Shown piece by piece: positions 11,858 to 24,039 of a stretch of 64,000 bases of DNA. The position numbers were made by a program, and so were the translations under genes. The stretch comes from Fistulifera solaris. Taxonomy: Eukaryota. A model generated the notes under the pieces. The model saw only the letters and a program-made list of their open reading frames with translations. It had not been told where the DNA came from and made no database searches. The stretch spans positions 1-64,000 of the forward strand of contig AP026130.1 in the NCBI GenBank assembly GCA_030295235.1, read 5' to 3'. How positions within the stretch are numbered: position 1 is the first letter of the stretch; each line of letters begins with the position of its first letter.

Positions 11858-14494
11858 TTAGTTCTGAGTAACATGCCGCATTTTCGGACTAAAATCTGGG
11901 TTCTTTAATCGAACGCTTCCAAAGATACGCTCCGGTAATGTTGATTCGTCATTACCCTCAAAGAGAAACCCCATGTCTACCACAAGCGTCTTCGCATATC
12001 CGAGAGCTAGTCGTACGACTCCCGTTGCAACCGGGTTACTCGCACAGTCTATGATGACCTCGAAAAACCGGTCACTTTGGACGTATAACTGGCGTAGCTT
12101 CTTCCCTAACACTGCAGGTGTTGAACCAACCGCTTTGCGCACTAAGAAATTACCCTGCACTATTTGCGGTACCAATTTGAAAGTTCGGTTGCGAAACTCG
12201 TCCGATGTGCCAAAAAAGAATTCGTTGCATAATTTGGACGAAGGCGTCCCATCTTCCCCGTTTATCAATCTCATGTCGTCGATTGCGTAGTAAAATACGC
12301 CGTGGTAATAAGGGGGTCCAGGAATGACAATGTTCACCACGAAAACAAACGGTGGCATATCACTCTTATGACCTTTTGATTTTACTTCTGCTTCCATGGC
12401 AAGCGCCAATTGCACACGTTCGCGTGGGTGGACACAAAAACCACTGTAAAGCGGTTGATCGACAGAAACTAGATCGACAGCAATCAAGCGACCAATGCTG
12501 GGGCCAGCATTAATTTTCTGGCCGTCGTCTTTATAATGTTTTCCACGCACGCGGAAAGAATTGGAATCGGGCTCAGCCCAACTATCCCTGGTCAGTGGCA
12601 TCGGCGTGCTTGCCAATCCAGCAAATTTCGATGCTGACGGATATTCATGAGTTGAAAAAGTGAAATCATAGTTCTGCAAGTCATCGTGAGCTTCATCTCC
12701 TTCATCGAGATCATCCGACCGTGCTTGGGCAATACCATGTTGAGAAGAAGGATGAAAACTAAGCATCGCAGCTGGCTCATCTCTGGCACAAGGTACAAAT
12801 CGGTCCGTGTCAATTGCATCACGGATATTTACAAGCTGCGACAGCACGGCGACCCCAAACGCTTCCGCATAACTTTGCCATGATAACATGGGGAGTGGTG
12901 TAGTCGGAACCCAGCCACGGGGGTCGACTTGAACAAAAGCTGTCACAAGGCATTCGTTCGGTCTTGGAACACTGCGACGGCTGGTAGAGGTTCTTTTGTG
13001 TGGTGCGATGGTAAAAACTTTGTGCATTTCCGCTCGCACAAAGAAGTCCTCGGGAGGACAATCAGAATGTTCGACAGACTCGTAACAAACAACGTAGCTT
13101 CCATCTTCCTCAAGCCGCCAGTATCGATAAAGGCAAAAGTCGCGCGGTGCAGTCCAAGACGGAAATAAGAATAGAGGCGAAAGTACCATATGGATAATGT
13201 CTGTGTTGTCGTCGACAGCTTCAACAATACGAAAAGTCAGCAAATACTCAGACTGGTTTTCAAGCAGCTGCTTGTGATCAAACGAAGCGACACAGCCTAC
13301 AGACATGAGGCACAGAAATGCGTCGACAGCTGACGTGCTTAAAACCTCATGGGATTTTATAGGTGCGCACGCTTTCCCATCTAACGAGATCGAACTCCGA
13401 AAGCAAGAACGAAACTTCTGTTCAACTTCAATGCGCTCTTCACGATATATTCGTAGAGCGGAAATGCCCGAGAATGTAGATGACCAGCCGCCGTGTAAAA
13501 GGCGCCACGCGTATTGATTTTGTTGTGACCAAGCCTGGTCTCTCCTAGACGGTGGTTTGGCTGTTTGCAACAAAGCATTTCTAGCCTTTCGACCGTCCGT
13601 TGCAAACAACTGTCCCCAAGTCGACTGCTGAACACAAAGAGACTCTTGAGATGCGATAATGCACTTCCTCCAAGTATTGGCCATCTCGTATTCCGAACTA
13701 GCAATCATAATTTCTTTTTTCTTTTCACCAGTCACGCTTTCTCCTAGTCCAACTGCAGCGCTCCCTCCACCAGCCGCAGCAGCTCCCACAAAAACTAATC
13801 CTGCCACTAAACCGAGACCAGCTGTAGCCACAGCTATAGCAGCAGTTCCGCCCGCGGCAGCTGCGATTTTCGTCCCTTGCCAGATTCGCTTACGGCTTCT
13901 CCGGATTCTCATCTTCTTATTTGTACGATAATCACGCAATAGTTCCTCCTCTTGTGCCTGTTGCTGAGGATCGATTCCTGTGGGGCCCTCCACACGGAAA
14001 CTGCGTTGTGATTTCGACCTATTGTGACCATCTTGGACGAACAGTTCGTTATCAAGCTTCGCTGATCTTCTACGACGGTTTCTGGGAGATTTGGGGGAAA
14101 GGTCGAAACTTCCTTCAAAGCTGGGAGTGAGCTCTAACTCGACAGAAGAGTCATCTCCACCATCATCTTCGACTTCAAATGATGTAATGCGTAAGCAGTA
14201 AATGAGATCCTTGTGCTTGCTTACAAAAGTTCCGAGACTTCGCAGTTCGATAGATCGATTATTCCTTTTAGTTTTCCATTTGTAATCGAATAGTATCGAA
14301 GCGAGTTGTCCGAATGCAAAACGAAACGTCGAGGAATGTATGGCTCAAGCCAGTTTCTACTTTTCTTGAGCATCTCTCCTGCGAAATTCGCATTGCAGTG
14401 TCAATAGGAATCCTTCATCAGCGCCGTCGCAATCATGGCAGTCCAGCTTACCTTCCAAAACAATATCGTCTTCTACATCGAGTAGCTCCGCCAT
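11858..14494 (-). CDS. EDR2-like PH-START-EDR2_C (DUF1336) lipid-binding protein (intron 14379-14451; frameshift ~14225)
   Basis: N-terminal LEGEMLKK..RRFVL..LRYY..LKGIIDL PH pattern; PRDFCLYRYWR..DGSY and QVDPRGW START motifs; FRVRGKHY, FKLVPQIV, ELPE-like LPERIFG C-terminal domain. Confidence 0.85.
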
Positions 14495-14809
14495 TTTATA
14501 AAACTATAATTTTAAGTGAAATTAAACGAAATTATGAAAAAGATAATGCTATTCAAAATTCAGAATGATACCTGGTGCGGAAAGCAAAATAATGACGCCG
14601 TCATGCGAGAAACGCAGCAACGCAAAGAACGCGACAAAAACGCGAAGCAAACGCGAAGTCTGCATTTTTGCGTTCTCGCCTCTTCACGTTGTAGGTAACT
14701 CGTGACTCGTCAGTCGGAAAGTACTGTTTTCTGCAGTCAACATCAAAAACAGATAAAGAAGCTAACATTCTATCGTACGGCTAATTTACTGCATTTACAT
14801 CACACGGCG

Positions 14810-17800
14810 TTAATTTCTTGGCGGCATCATGTCTCTTGGTCGCATGCGGTCGTCGTAAGGTCCATTATTAGGTCCCCTGCCTGGTCCAGGGGCGCGCCAT
14901 TCGTTATCGTCTCTGTAACGAAATCTCTCATCCTCGGGACGCCGTGGCCCCTCACGGCGATAATCATAATACTCTGACGGACCAGGTGGTGGTATTCGAC
15001 CTCCACGTTGTTGCCATCTGTCATTGTTCACTCTTCCATCCTCGTAGGGGGGAATAGGGCGGTCCCTCGTTATTGTACGGACGAGTTGGAATTATTCTAT
15101 CAACATACGGCTTTTGATCAGGTCGTCGAGGGGGACTCCTGTAACCTTCGGATCGCGACCTCGAAGAGTTTTCGTTGAAAGGTGATCGGCGTGTTTCGTA
15201 CCCTGGTTCGTTCGGGTCTCGAGCTCCCTGCCCTGCGCCGCCGAACGGCGGTCGACGTGATTCGTAACGTGGCTCGTTCAAGTCTCGAGCCCCCTGAGGT
15301 GTATTGCGAAAAGGAGGTCGTGGTCCATCCTCGGTTAAAGGAACTCGACGTGTTTCGTACCCCGGTTCATTCAAGTCTCGGGTTCCTTTTTCAGCACCAC
15401 GATATGGTGTTTTCGGCGTCGAAGTTCCTCGCGGCTCACTATTAAAACGGTCGGTTTCCTTTCCAGGTGCTGCCCGAGTTGTCGTCTTGGATGCCGGCCC
15501 TGAAGAACTTCCGTTAAAAGGTGGTCCTGAAAAATCCTTGTCTCCCTTTACTGGGTGATTGCGATTCTATAGTTGCTCTTTCGTAATTTCCCGTTACAAT
15601 ATCGAGGTACGTTCGGGGTCGAGAGGGACGATTCTTCTTTTGGAAGTTTGTCGAAGAAGCTTTATCATCAATACTTTCATCCGCCAGGGGATCAATTTTA
15701 GACTTCGCTTGCTTGAATTGCGATGACCGCCCAACATCTCGATCAGCGAACGGACCAGAAGCAGCACCACGACTTTCCGAAGCTGGCCCAGCTCGTGATC
15801 TTCTTTCGTTTCCTGTGTCTTTTAAAATTTCTGCATCAAATGACGTGTTTGCTTGGGTGAATTCCTTCGCTGTATACCCTTCTGGGCGTCCCCGAAAGGG
15901 CTCGCGTTCTCTAAAACCACTTTGTGGTCCGTCTCTTTGATCCACTGATCTGTAGCCTGATCCTCTGACAGATTGACCTCGAGGCTTGCGATTAACTTCT
16001 GTAGTAAAATCGCCTAATTTCGTTGGGAACGCGGAAGGCTCCCAGCTTGCACGGCCATTTTGGGGTCCCCAAGGAGTTTTGTCTTGGAAAGGTCCCACTG
16101 GAGACCCTCTAGATGGTGTCGAACCCGTCCATGAAGACATAGTGCCGCTAGCTGGAGAGAAATTTTGAGGTTGTAGAGTGACTCGCTCAGCGCCTGCTGT
16201 TGATGGCGTTGAACCAGTCCAAGGTGTTGATGAAAAAGTGTTTTGCGGTCCGACTCCAGCAGGGGAGAATGGGTTATTCACAGAAGAAACACCAGGTGTC
16301 TGTAAATTTTTAGGGGTAAAAGGAAACGGATCTATGCCATCGGAAGCTTTCCAAACACTGGACGTGCCGGGACTATTTGGATACAATGGATCGAGCCTTG
16401 CGCCACCAGCCGATGAGCCGGACGGCGTTCGCCACGGAGTACTCGGAACGGAGCGCGACGAGTCAGCAGGATTCTTTATTTTATAGCGATCTGACTCAAC
16501 AAAGTCCGGTCCGAGAGTCGAGCTTTTACTTGTGTCATTTTTGGGAATACTATCATACACCCTCCTCGAATTTCGGACGAAGTTCCCCGCTGATCCGGAG
16601 CTGGACGCTTTGAACGATGAAGAGATTACTTCTTGGGGCTGCAAAATATCCTTTTTCGCGGGAGATTCATTCCACCGCTGATCCGGTGCTTTACCAGAAA
16701 GTGGATTCAAAGAAGTTTGTGGGGATCGTGACGACCCGTTTTCCCAGGGCGGGCGTTCCGAGCTAGTAAGCGGCTTGAAATCACTTGTCGTTGGATCAGA
16801 TTTCCATGACGACTTGGGAGCAGTTTCAATCCCGAAAGCGGGACCGAGTGGTGGTTCGGTATCGGAGGAACCGACAGACTTGCCAGTAGTACTTGCAGCA
16901 TTTCGACGAGTGCTCTTGGCAAAAGAAGGTGTACTGGCAGCAGCGTCGAATTGTGCACCGTCAAGATTATTCGCAGTTGATGACGACAGTCGGTCAACAC
17001 GTAAGGGCCTCTCTGAGGACGACGAAGTCCCATTCGATCGGTCGTCACTCCTAGTGAAAGTGGATTGGGTACTGTCAGTCTTCTGCGGGGGAGGAGTCCA
17101 GTTGTCCCACGGTGCCTTATTTGCCGAAGCATCCACTTCTGCACCGTCCGCAAATTTAGGCGTAGACGCTGACGACAGTCGGTCGAGACGAGAAAGCCTA
17201 TCCGAGGGCGAAGTAGATGGCGGACTAGACGACGGAGACGATTGAACAGATGCACTCGTCGGATCCCAAATCGCAAACGGTGGAGCAGATTCCGATGTAC
17301 TCGATTGTTTATTTTCATTGTAAGAGCTGGTGCCCGAACCGGGCCCCCATCCTTTTTCACCGCAGGCTTTGCATTCCCGGCACCAGGAATTGAAGTGCCC
17401 ATTGTCGATGGCGCATCAGAGGAAGACGATTGAGTATTTTGCGGAGGTGGCGGTGTCCAATTATCCCAGGGAGCCTTATTTGCCGATGTATCCACTTCGG
17501 CACCGTCCGCAAATTTCGGCGTTGATGGCGAAGAAAGACGGTCGAGACGCGAAAGTCTATCCGAGGGCGAGGCGGACGGCGGACTAGTCGACGGAGACGA
17601 CTGAACTGATGCACTCGTAGGATCCCAAATCGCAAACGGCGGAGCTGAACCTGATGCATTCGACTGTTTATTGTCACTGGCAGTGCTCGACCCAGGACCC
17701 CACCCTTTCTTTGTGGCGGGCTTTGAGCTTCCTGCTCCCGGAATCGAAGTGCCCAAGGTAGAAGAACTATCAGACGATGTCGTCTGCGAGTTTTGCGGCG

Positions 17801-18704
17801 GCGGAGGTACCCAGTTATCCCATGGAGCTTTGTTTGCTGATGCATCTACTTCGGCACCATCAGCAAATTTAGGGTTGGACGGTGATGATAATCGGTCAAG
17901 ACGAGAAAGTCTATCCGAGGGCGAAGAAGATGGCGGACTAGACGACGGACTAGACGACGGAGATGCTTGCGCTGATGCACTTGTAGGATCCCAGATGGCA
18001 AACGGCGGAGCTGATCCCGACGTACTCGATTGGCTGTTACTACTGCTACCTGGACTCCATCCTTTCTTCACAGCCGGTTTTGAGCTTCCTGCCCCAGGAA
18101 TTGACGTCCCCATAGTCGAAGGCTCATAATCAGAGTCTTCATCGTTTCCATAAAGTGTCTCTTTGATTTGCTGCTGCAGCGCACTCCAAACAGAGCCCAT
18201 GTCGTTGCTGTCACTCTGACTCAAAGTAGATTGTAATCCTAACGCGTTTCCGATTTGGTAAGCTGGCAACGACATCACTTCATCAATAGGGACATCTTGC
18301 GTGATATCAGATAGAATTTGAATCAAACCACGAAGAACAGTGGCGTCAGTATCGCCCTGGAACCTAAAGATGATCCATTCTCCATTCTCTTGATAAAGAC
18401 CCGTTTGAATAGATACTTGCGAGGAACAACCCTTTACGGACGCTTGCGGTGTAACCAAGACTTCTGAAGGAAACTGTGCGAGCTCATACCATTCGCCTCG
18501 TTGCTTTAAATCGCTACGCACTTCTTCCGGTGGCAGTTGAGAGAAATATGCAAAAGCGTCCTGCACTGCATCTTGTAGTGCTTCGGCTTTCAAAGGCTGC
18601 CACTTTGCGAGAGAAATTAATGCATTATTACTCTTGATTATAAACGCACTCGAGAAACTGTGCGTTGCTGCTAAAAACAGCACGCAAAGCGGCGACGTCC
18701 TCAT
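14810..18704 (-). CDS. Large plastid-targeted protein: SufE-like domain + Trp-motif repeats + R/P/Y/G-rich tail (paralog B; frameshifts ~17355, ~15555, ~15050)
   Basis: Signal ..SSA|FII; SufE-like VKGCSSQV..DTDATVLRGLIQIL..LGLQSTLS at ~18587-18155; ORFs 16707, 15514, 15021 and 14810 chain through single-base homopolymer changes. Confidence 0.7.
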
Positions 18705-19259
18705 GTTCGGTCGTCAAATGTAGGAAGTAGAGTTGCAATGGCGATACGTACGCGTTGCGGCTGCCAAGTTGCACCTTGCACCCGCCACGAACTCATTCTT
18801 TTTCCAACTGCTGCCAGCGAGCCGGCTCGCGCTGGCGATGGTGTCAGTCAGTCATCCAACCGATGCGATCGTAGTAACCAAAATCCAACAGTCCATTTTC
18901 GTTCGCTACTTAGAGAAACGATGCCGTGAGTCGTCCAGTACGATTAAGAATGTAGTCGCGCGTCTCGGCATCGCTCGTCAGGAGAACAGTCAACCTGAGG
19001 GGCATAAGTAAATGTACTGGAGCTCGCGACCATCTCCCTAAAGTACACTGAATCTTATAGTCGACAAGTTATTATAGCGAAATATGTAGGATATAATACA
19101 TCATCAACTAGTTAAGCCCCTCGATTTCTATATTCATTATTCATTCACATGATCCGAGCCAAGGATCATTTATCACTTCTCAACGAAGAATAAATAGAGT
19201 GTATTTTCAAAAGCAAGGGAAACAGAGCGAGCCATTTCATGCTATAGATTAATGAAATA

Positions 19260-20900
19260 ATGAGCGGGACTTTCGACGGAGCAAGCACTAAGAAAAGGAC
19301 AAGTAAGCTCGGTGGAGGGTCGCAGAAATACTGGCAACTTTTCACCACGAGGTCGTCCCAAAACAGTAAAAATGATGCAAATGCAATCCATCCTTCTAAT
19401 TCAACGTTTAGCGAGCGCTTTCGAGATGACGAGTCCTTTCTAAATTTACTTTCAGACCTGCAGGATGGATCGTCTCGTTTGAACAAAGCAATTCACGTCA
19501 AACGTGACATGCACTCCAATCATTTTGACGATTTTTTCGACGAACTTGCAACCAAGCTTGCTCAAAAAAGACGAGCCAATGGTAGAATCGCGAGATTTGA
19601 CAATAAGGAAGTAGGACAAGTGGCAGCTGTATTGCCGCCTTGTCAAAGTTGTCTCGAATGGGAGGAGTCAAAATCCTCGCGTGACCTTGGAGCCAAACGA
19701 AAGGCACAAATCGTCACGGCCAAGTTACAAAAAGAGTTTCCGACGTTTCAAAACCCTATGACTCCGGCAAGCTCCGTTTCAGAGATGATGGAACCATCAG
19801 AATTTGATCCCTTGCACGATTATTTTATTGGAAATGTCACAAGAATTTCCTCTCGCCGGAAAAGTATTGCCCGAGCTCGGCGATCAAGTGCAGAGGAGGA
19901 TCGGAGCAGCCCAGACTCGTCCGAAAATAGCAACAGTACTACACGCCGCCCCAGTCGTGCGTGCACTCGAAAACAGACTTCAAGAACCAGAGCAACGAAA
20001 TCGTATCAAGAGGAACACCAAAAGACAAAACGTACCATCCCTCTCCAAGCACATCAGAGAGCATCAGTTTATCTTCCAAGGCCTCATCCCGCGATCACAG
20101 GGATTTCGACGTCGTGCGAGCTACAATCTCCTTCAAGGCTTGTTAAAGCGCCTGCGGCTCGTCGCATAAAAGACCCCGAGCTGGACCTGGCAGTCGATGC
20201 CGATCGTATCAGCTTTTCTAATTCAAAAAGCGGAATCCTTCTAAGTTAGCCACTGCGTTTCGACAGAACACAACACCAAAAAAGCCCCGACCACCTTCCA
20301 AAGAACCGGGGCAGTTTACAAGGAACCAGTCCCTGTCGTCGCAGAGCATCCGTTGTCAATGCATCATGCCACAATAGCTTGCAGCATTCAGAGCGTAATC
20401 TACCACTACCCCACCGTGCGAGAGTAAAGTCCGACCGCTTGTCGCAATCAGAGCACTTCCCATCTCCAGCAACCATGCGGGGCTCTTGTAGAAAGTTAAA
20501 ATGTCTCTTTCAAGAAATAGAAGCAAACGATCAGCCGCCACATGTCGCAACACACTCGGCCAAGTCCGAGAGCGCCATGCAAAGAAGTGCACCATTTGAA
20601 AAAATAACTTCTTTGTTTGCGAGTTTAGATAACAGCAATCCATTTTCGGATACAGCTATGTTATTCGATGAAGTATCGTTTGAGGACGTTCTTTTCGACA
20701 AACCCGATCTACAAGCAAATGGTTGTTTCAGGCTCCCCGAACCGCGGCAATCACCCGAGACTGGCCGTTTTGCACACTCCAAGGATACACAAGATGCCAC
20801 ATCAACTCACTCGAACGTTTCCCCATGCACTCCTGTGACCCGGCGACTGATGCGTCGAGCTCAGGCACTGTCTGCGATGCAACTTGCCTTGCACGTTTAA
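19260..20900 (+). CDS. Hypothetical low-complexity Ser/Arg-rich protein (probable frameshift ~20225)
   Basis: Consecutive ORFs 19260-20249 and 20379-20900 of similar composition; no recognised domain. Confidence 0.55.
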
Positions 20901-20988
20901 AAAATGCGATGTTTACTGTAATGATAAGTAAATCATTTACGACTTCTTTTCCGTTCACGTAGACCAGCGAAATAGACTATGTTGCAGC

Positions 20989-22098
20989 CTATGGAACCGC
21001 CAGACCATCGTCGTTGTACCATTCATGCGCACGAGGGATGTAAGGACCTCGCTTCCCCGCGAACGATACTTGTACCGTAGGAGCTGTAGGATGATCGGAA
21101 CGATACGCCGCAAAGTGCAGATGCGGTTCGGGTGAAAATCCGACACTTCCACTGGCCCCTATTACTTGTCCTGCTTGAACTTGGTCTCCAACTGAAACCG
21201 AAGCGGATTGAATATGCACGTATTCGACAAAAAGCGGTTTATCAGGAGGTGTATTCTTTACCTGAAGTAAAATGGAATTCCAGTGAAACAAATTCGTGAC
21301 AGCGATTCCGGTACACTCATGATGATCTTGTACTTGCACCACAACAGCGTCTGCAACGGCAAGCAATGGCGTACCCACAGGGCATTGAAAATCAATAGCA
21401 TGTAAATTTCCGGAAAAGAAATGAGTTAAATGGCCATGGATTCCTTGGGTACACAAAAACGACGGATTCGTCGAATCTGTTCGCAAAGGAAAAGCAAGAA
21501 TTAAATCATGATAGACATCGGAAGGATCGGGATGCTGATTCCAGGGTTGAACGTCGCTTTCCAGTCGCAGTTGTTCTAAGTCAATCTGAGAGGTCGGTTT
21601 GTCAGTCTCTTCTTGTGGTAGGAGAACACACAAATGAGCAAATGTTTCTGGCGGACAAAGTACAATAAGTGTAGTAACCTGATTCGTTTCACCCTCATCA
21701 TTCGTCGTTGAACCTTGCTCTAAGAGACGACCTTGAGCATCTCGTAATCGCGTTTCGTACACCGTAATATACGCAACAAGACTGTATTGATTGAGATTAC
21801 AGACCGTCAAAGTTCCGGATTCTGGATCGATCGCTATATCCGGAATGTCGGACAGCCCGTCCGCGTCAAAATCATCCGCGTTCACTGCTTCCCACTCTAA
21901 AATCCAGTCTGATGATTCCGGATGAGCTATATGACATCCTGGACCGGCGTCTGCAACGAAATTATCCGAACAGGGGGAAGAAACTTTTGGTTTTTCTTCA
22001 TTGCCGCCCGACGCGAGTTGTGATTCCTCCCGATATACATACGGCGCTTTGAACTTCTTTTGGCTTGACTTTTTCGACTTCGATTTTGGTTTCGGCAT
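20989..22098 (-). CDS. Peptidase M23 (LysM/lysostaphin-type metallo-endopeptidase fold) domain protein
   Basis: HAIDF (HxxxD), PVGTPLLAVADAVV, EYVH, VSVGDQVQAGQVIGASGSVGFSPEPHLHF (HxH). Confidence 0.85.
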   Translation of the reverse strand: MPKPKSKSKKSSQKKFKAPYVYREESQLASGGNEEKPKVSSPCSDNFVADAGPGCHIAHPESSDWILEWEAVNADDFDADGLSDIPDIAIDPESGTLTVCNLNQYSLVAYITVYETRLRDAQGRLLEQGSTTNDEGETNQVTTLIVLCPPETFAHLCVLLPQEETDKPTSQIDLEQLRLESDVQPWNQHPDPSDVYHDLILAFPLRTDSTNPSFLCTQGIHGHLTHFFSGNLHAIDFQCPVGTPLLAVADAVVVQVQDHHECTGIAVTNLFHWNSILLQVKNTPPDKPLFVEYVHIQSASVSVGDQVQAGQVIGASGSVGFSPEPHLHFAAYRSDHPTAPTVQVSFAGKRGPYIPRAHEWYNDDGLAVP

Positions 22099-22164
22099 AC
22101 TTAATAACAATCAAATGAAGAGCAAACATTTGCTTCGTACTTGTTTATAGAACAAGCAATGAAA

Positions 22165-22275
22165 GCTTGAAAACAGAACGTTGATGGAGCGAATGGTGCA
22201 ACGCCTTGAATGTCTACGTATTTTCACGTAGCTCTCGTAGAGAAATTTATCGACAGAAGGGAACCCGGATATTGT
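22165..22275 (-). repeat. Dispersed copy of the ~213-bp repeat family found at 50.6-51.4 kb
   Basis: Reverse complement matches atatccgggttcc..tctgtcgataaattt...tacgagagctacg...catcaacgtt. Confidence 0.85.
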
Positions 22276-22518
22276 GAAATTTTGATCACACCAATGTTTA
22301 GCGTCTTTGGGCTTGTCTTTGGGACACCTTTCGAACGAACACCTTTCGAACGAACTACAAGGTAGAGCATATTCTTCGAATAGTGTCTCAGTATCTAGTT
22401 TGTTAAGAAGAGGCGCGTTGGTCATTCATAGTCAATCATTTAGTTAGATTTTTACCCTTTCACATCTAGAATCCATCAATCACAGGTATACTATCAAGTT
22501 TGTCTTCGATCTCTCAGA

Positions 22519-23365
22519 CTAGACGATGGCAGGAGCATCGGGACGAAGACCAGTCATAGAGCAACAGTCGTAGCGGTGCACCTTCTCGTCGTGCGAGTGA
22601 CGACTCTGCTGAATGGTCGTGCAGCATCCGCACCAGAACGTGCAGCAGCAATCGTCCAAATATCCGTCTCCGAAGGTACTACCGGGAATTTGATACTTTT
22701 GACGCATATGGAATCGGGTGCAGGTTCCGACCACCACACGCCACACGACGAACAAGATCGAGACTGTCGATGAGCAGTGTAAGTCGTCTATTCATTCTGA
22801 AAGAGACTACAATTGAATTACAACACTTACCGATATATACTACAGCAGGAACTCGCACCGACATGAGAAGGACGTAAAGAACGAGCGAAGCAATGCTGTA
22901 AATCATGCAGACATGCTTCATCGGTTCAGGCCCTTTCATACCGAACAAGTTAAGATGAAAGCGTTCCAAGAGTTGACCCTGCAAGACGCAATTGAAACAC
23001 CAACCCATCCAGAAACGACCGGTAGCGATAGTCTCACAGCAATCGCACAAGCCATTGCGCCAGCGGCCTGTGGGAGCACTTTCAGCGCTACCCGAAGAGA
23101 TATCGACGGTCGACATGGCGCTCTCTGGATAAGGCACTTCGATCATTTGACCTTTCTTGACGCCGCCTTCGGGAACTGTCACTTTAAACTGTGAAAGAGT
23201 AACAACCGAGTTAAGATGGTTGAACGACCTTCAGCAGGAGGAATCAGGAAGAAGATGCAGACCTCGCAAATGAAAGATACTCACCGTTTTGCCATCGACA
23301 GTCGCGTCAAATACGTAACCGGCCTCCAAATCACCAGGGGCATCTACTTGAACGATCTTCGTCAT
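22519..23365 (-). CDS. PLAC8-family Cys-rich membrane protein (introns 23189-23284, 22764-22830)
   Basis: GRWRNGLCDCC, RQKYQIPG, DCCCTFWCGCCTTIQ; both GT-AG introns keep frame; start MTKIVQVDAP. Confidence 0.85.
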
Positions 23366-24039
23366 CTTGTTGAAGGGTATAGTTTTTTAGACGTATTAGA
23401 TAAAAAGGGAGAAGTTATGGAGGAAGATGCAAGATGCGTTGTGAAACAAAATGCAAAGCAATGCGCAATCCACACTCGGAAGTGACAACAACACGGAAGC
23501 TCAACGCGAAACGCGATGAACTCGGGAATTTGGATCCTTGGATCCTCCGACTCCAACCCCGTTCAAAACTGCAACCGCGACTCGAGATTTAGGCAGACGT
23601 GGACGAAGAACGATGATCAACGGAAACTATATCTAAGTAAATAAAATACCTCCTACACACTTCCAGGAAGTACGTTTTGATACTTATGTGTACTTATTCT
23701 GCAAATCATCATGTCACGTGCATTGTGCATTGTGCATTGTGCCTTCATTTATTTGCTCATCACCGTTGTGACAAGTGACAAGTCGTCATAGATCAAAAAG
23801 AAGTTTCAAACTGAGAATTTACGAAAGACCTTGCGCGTAGAGACGATAAGAACTCTCTAGAGTTTCATTGAGGTTGGCAGACTGTTAGCTCGAGGCGATA
23901 AAGAAGATCGCTGTCGTTGCTCGACTCATGATTCGTCGAATCTTTTCAACGCAATGCTGTTCGTCCTTTAAATGGCGAAAGTTTGTAGAATAAAACATTA
24001 AATATGCATGATTAGATTGCGCACTCGTTTTTGCAATAT

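Noticed and set aside
10227..18129. Alternative-frame and antisense ORFs over the repeat proteins
   Set aside because: Shadows of low-complexity repeated coding sequence
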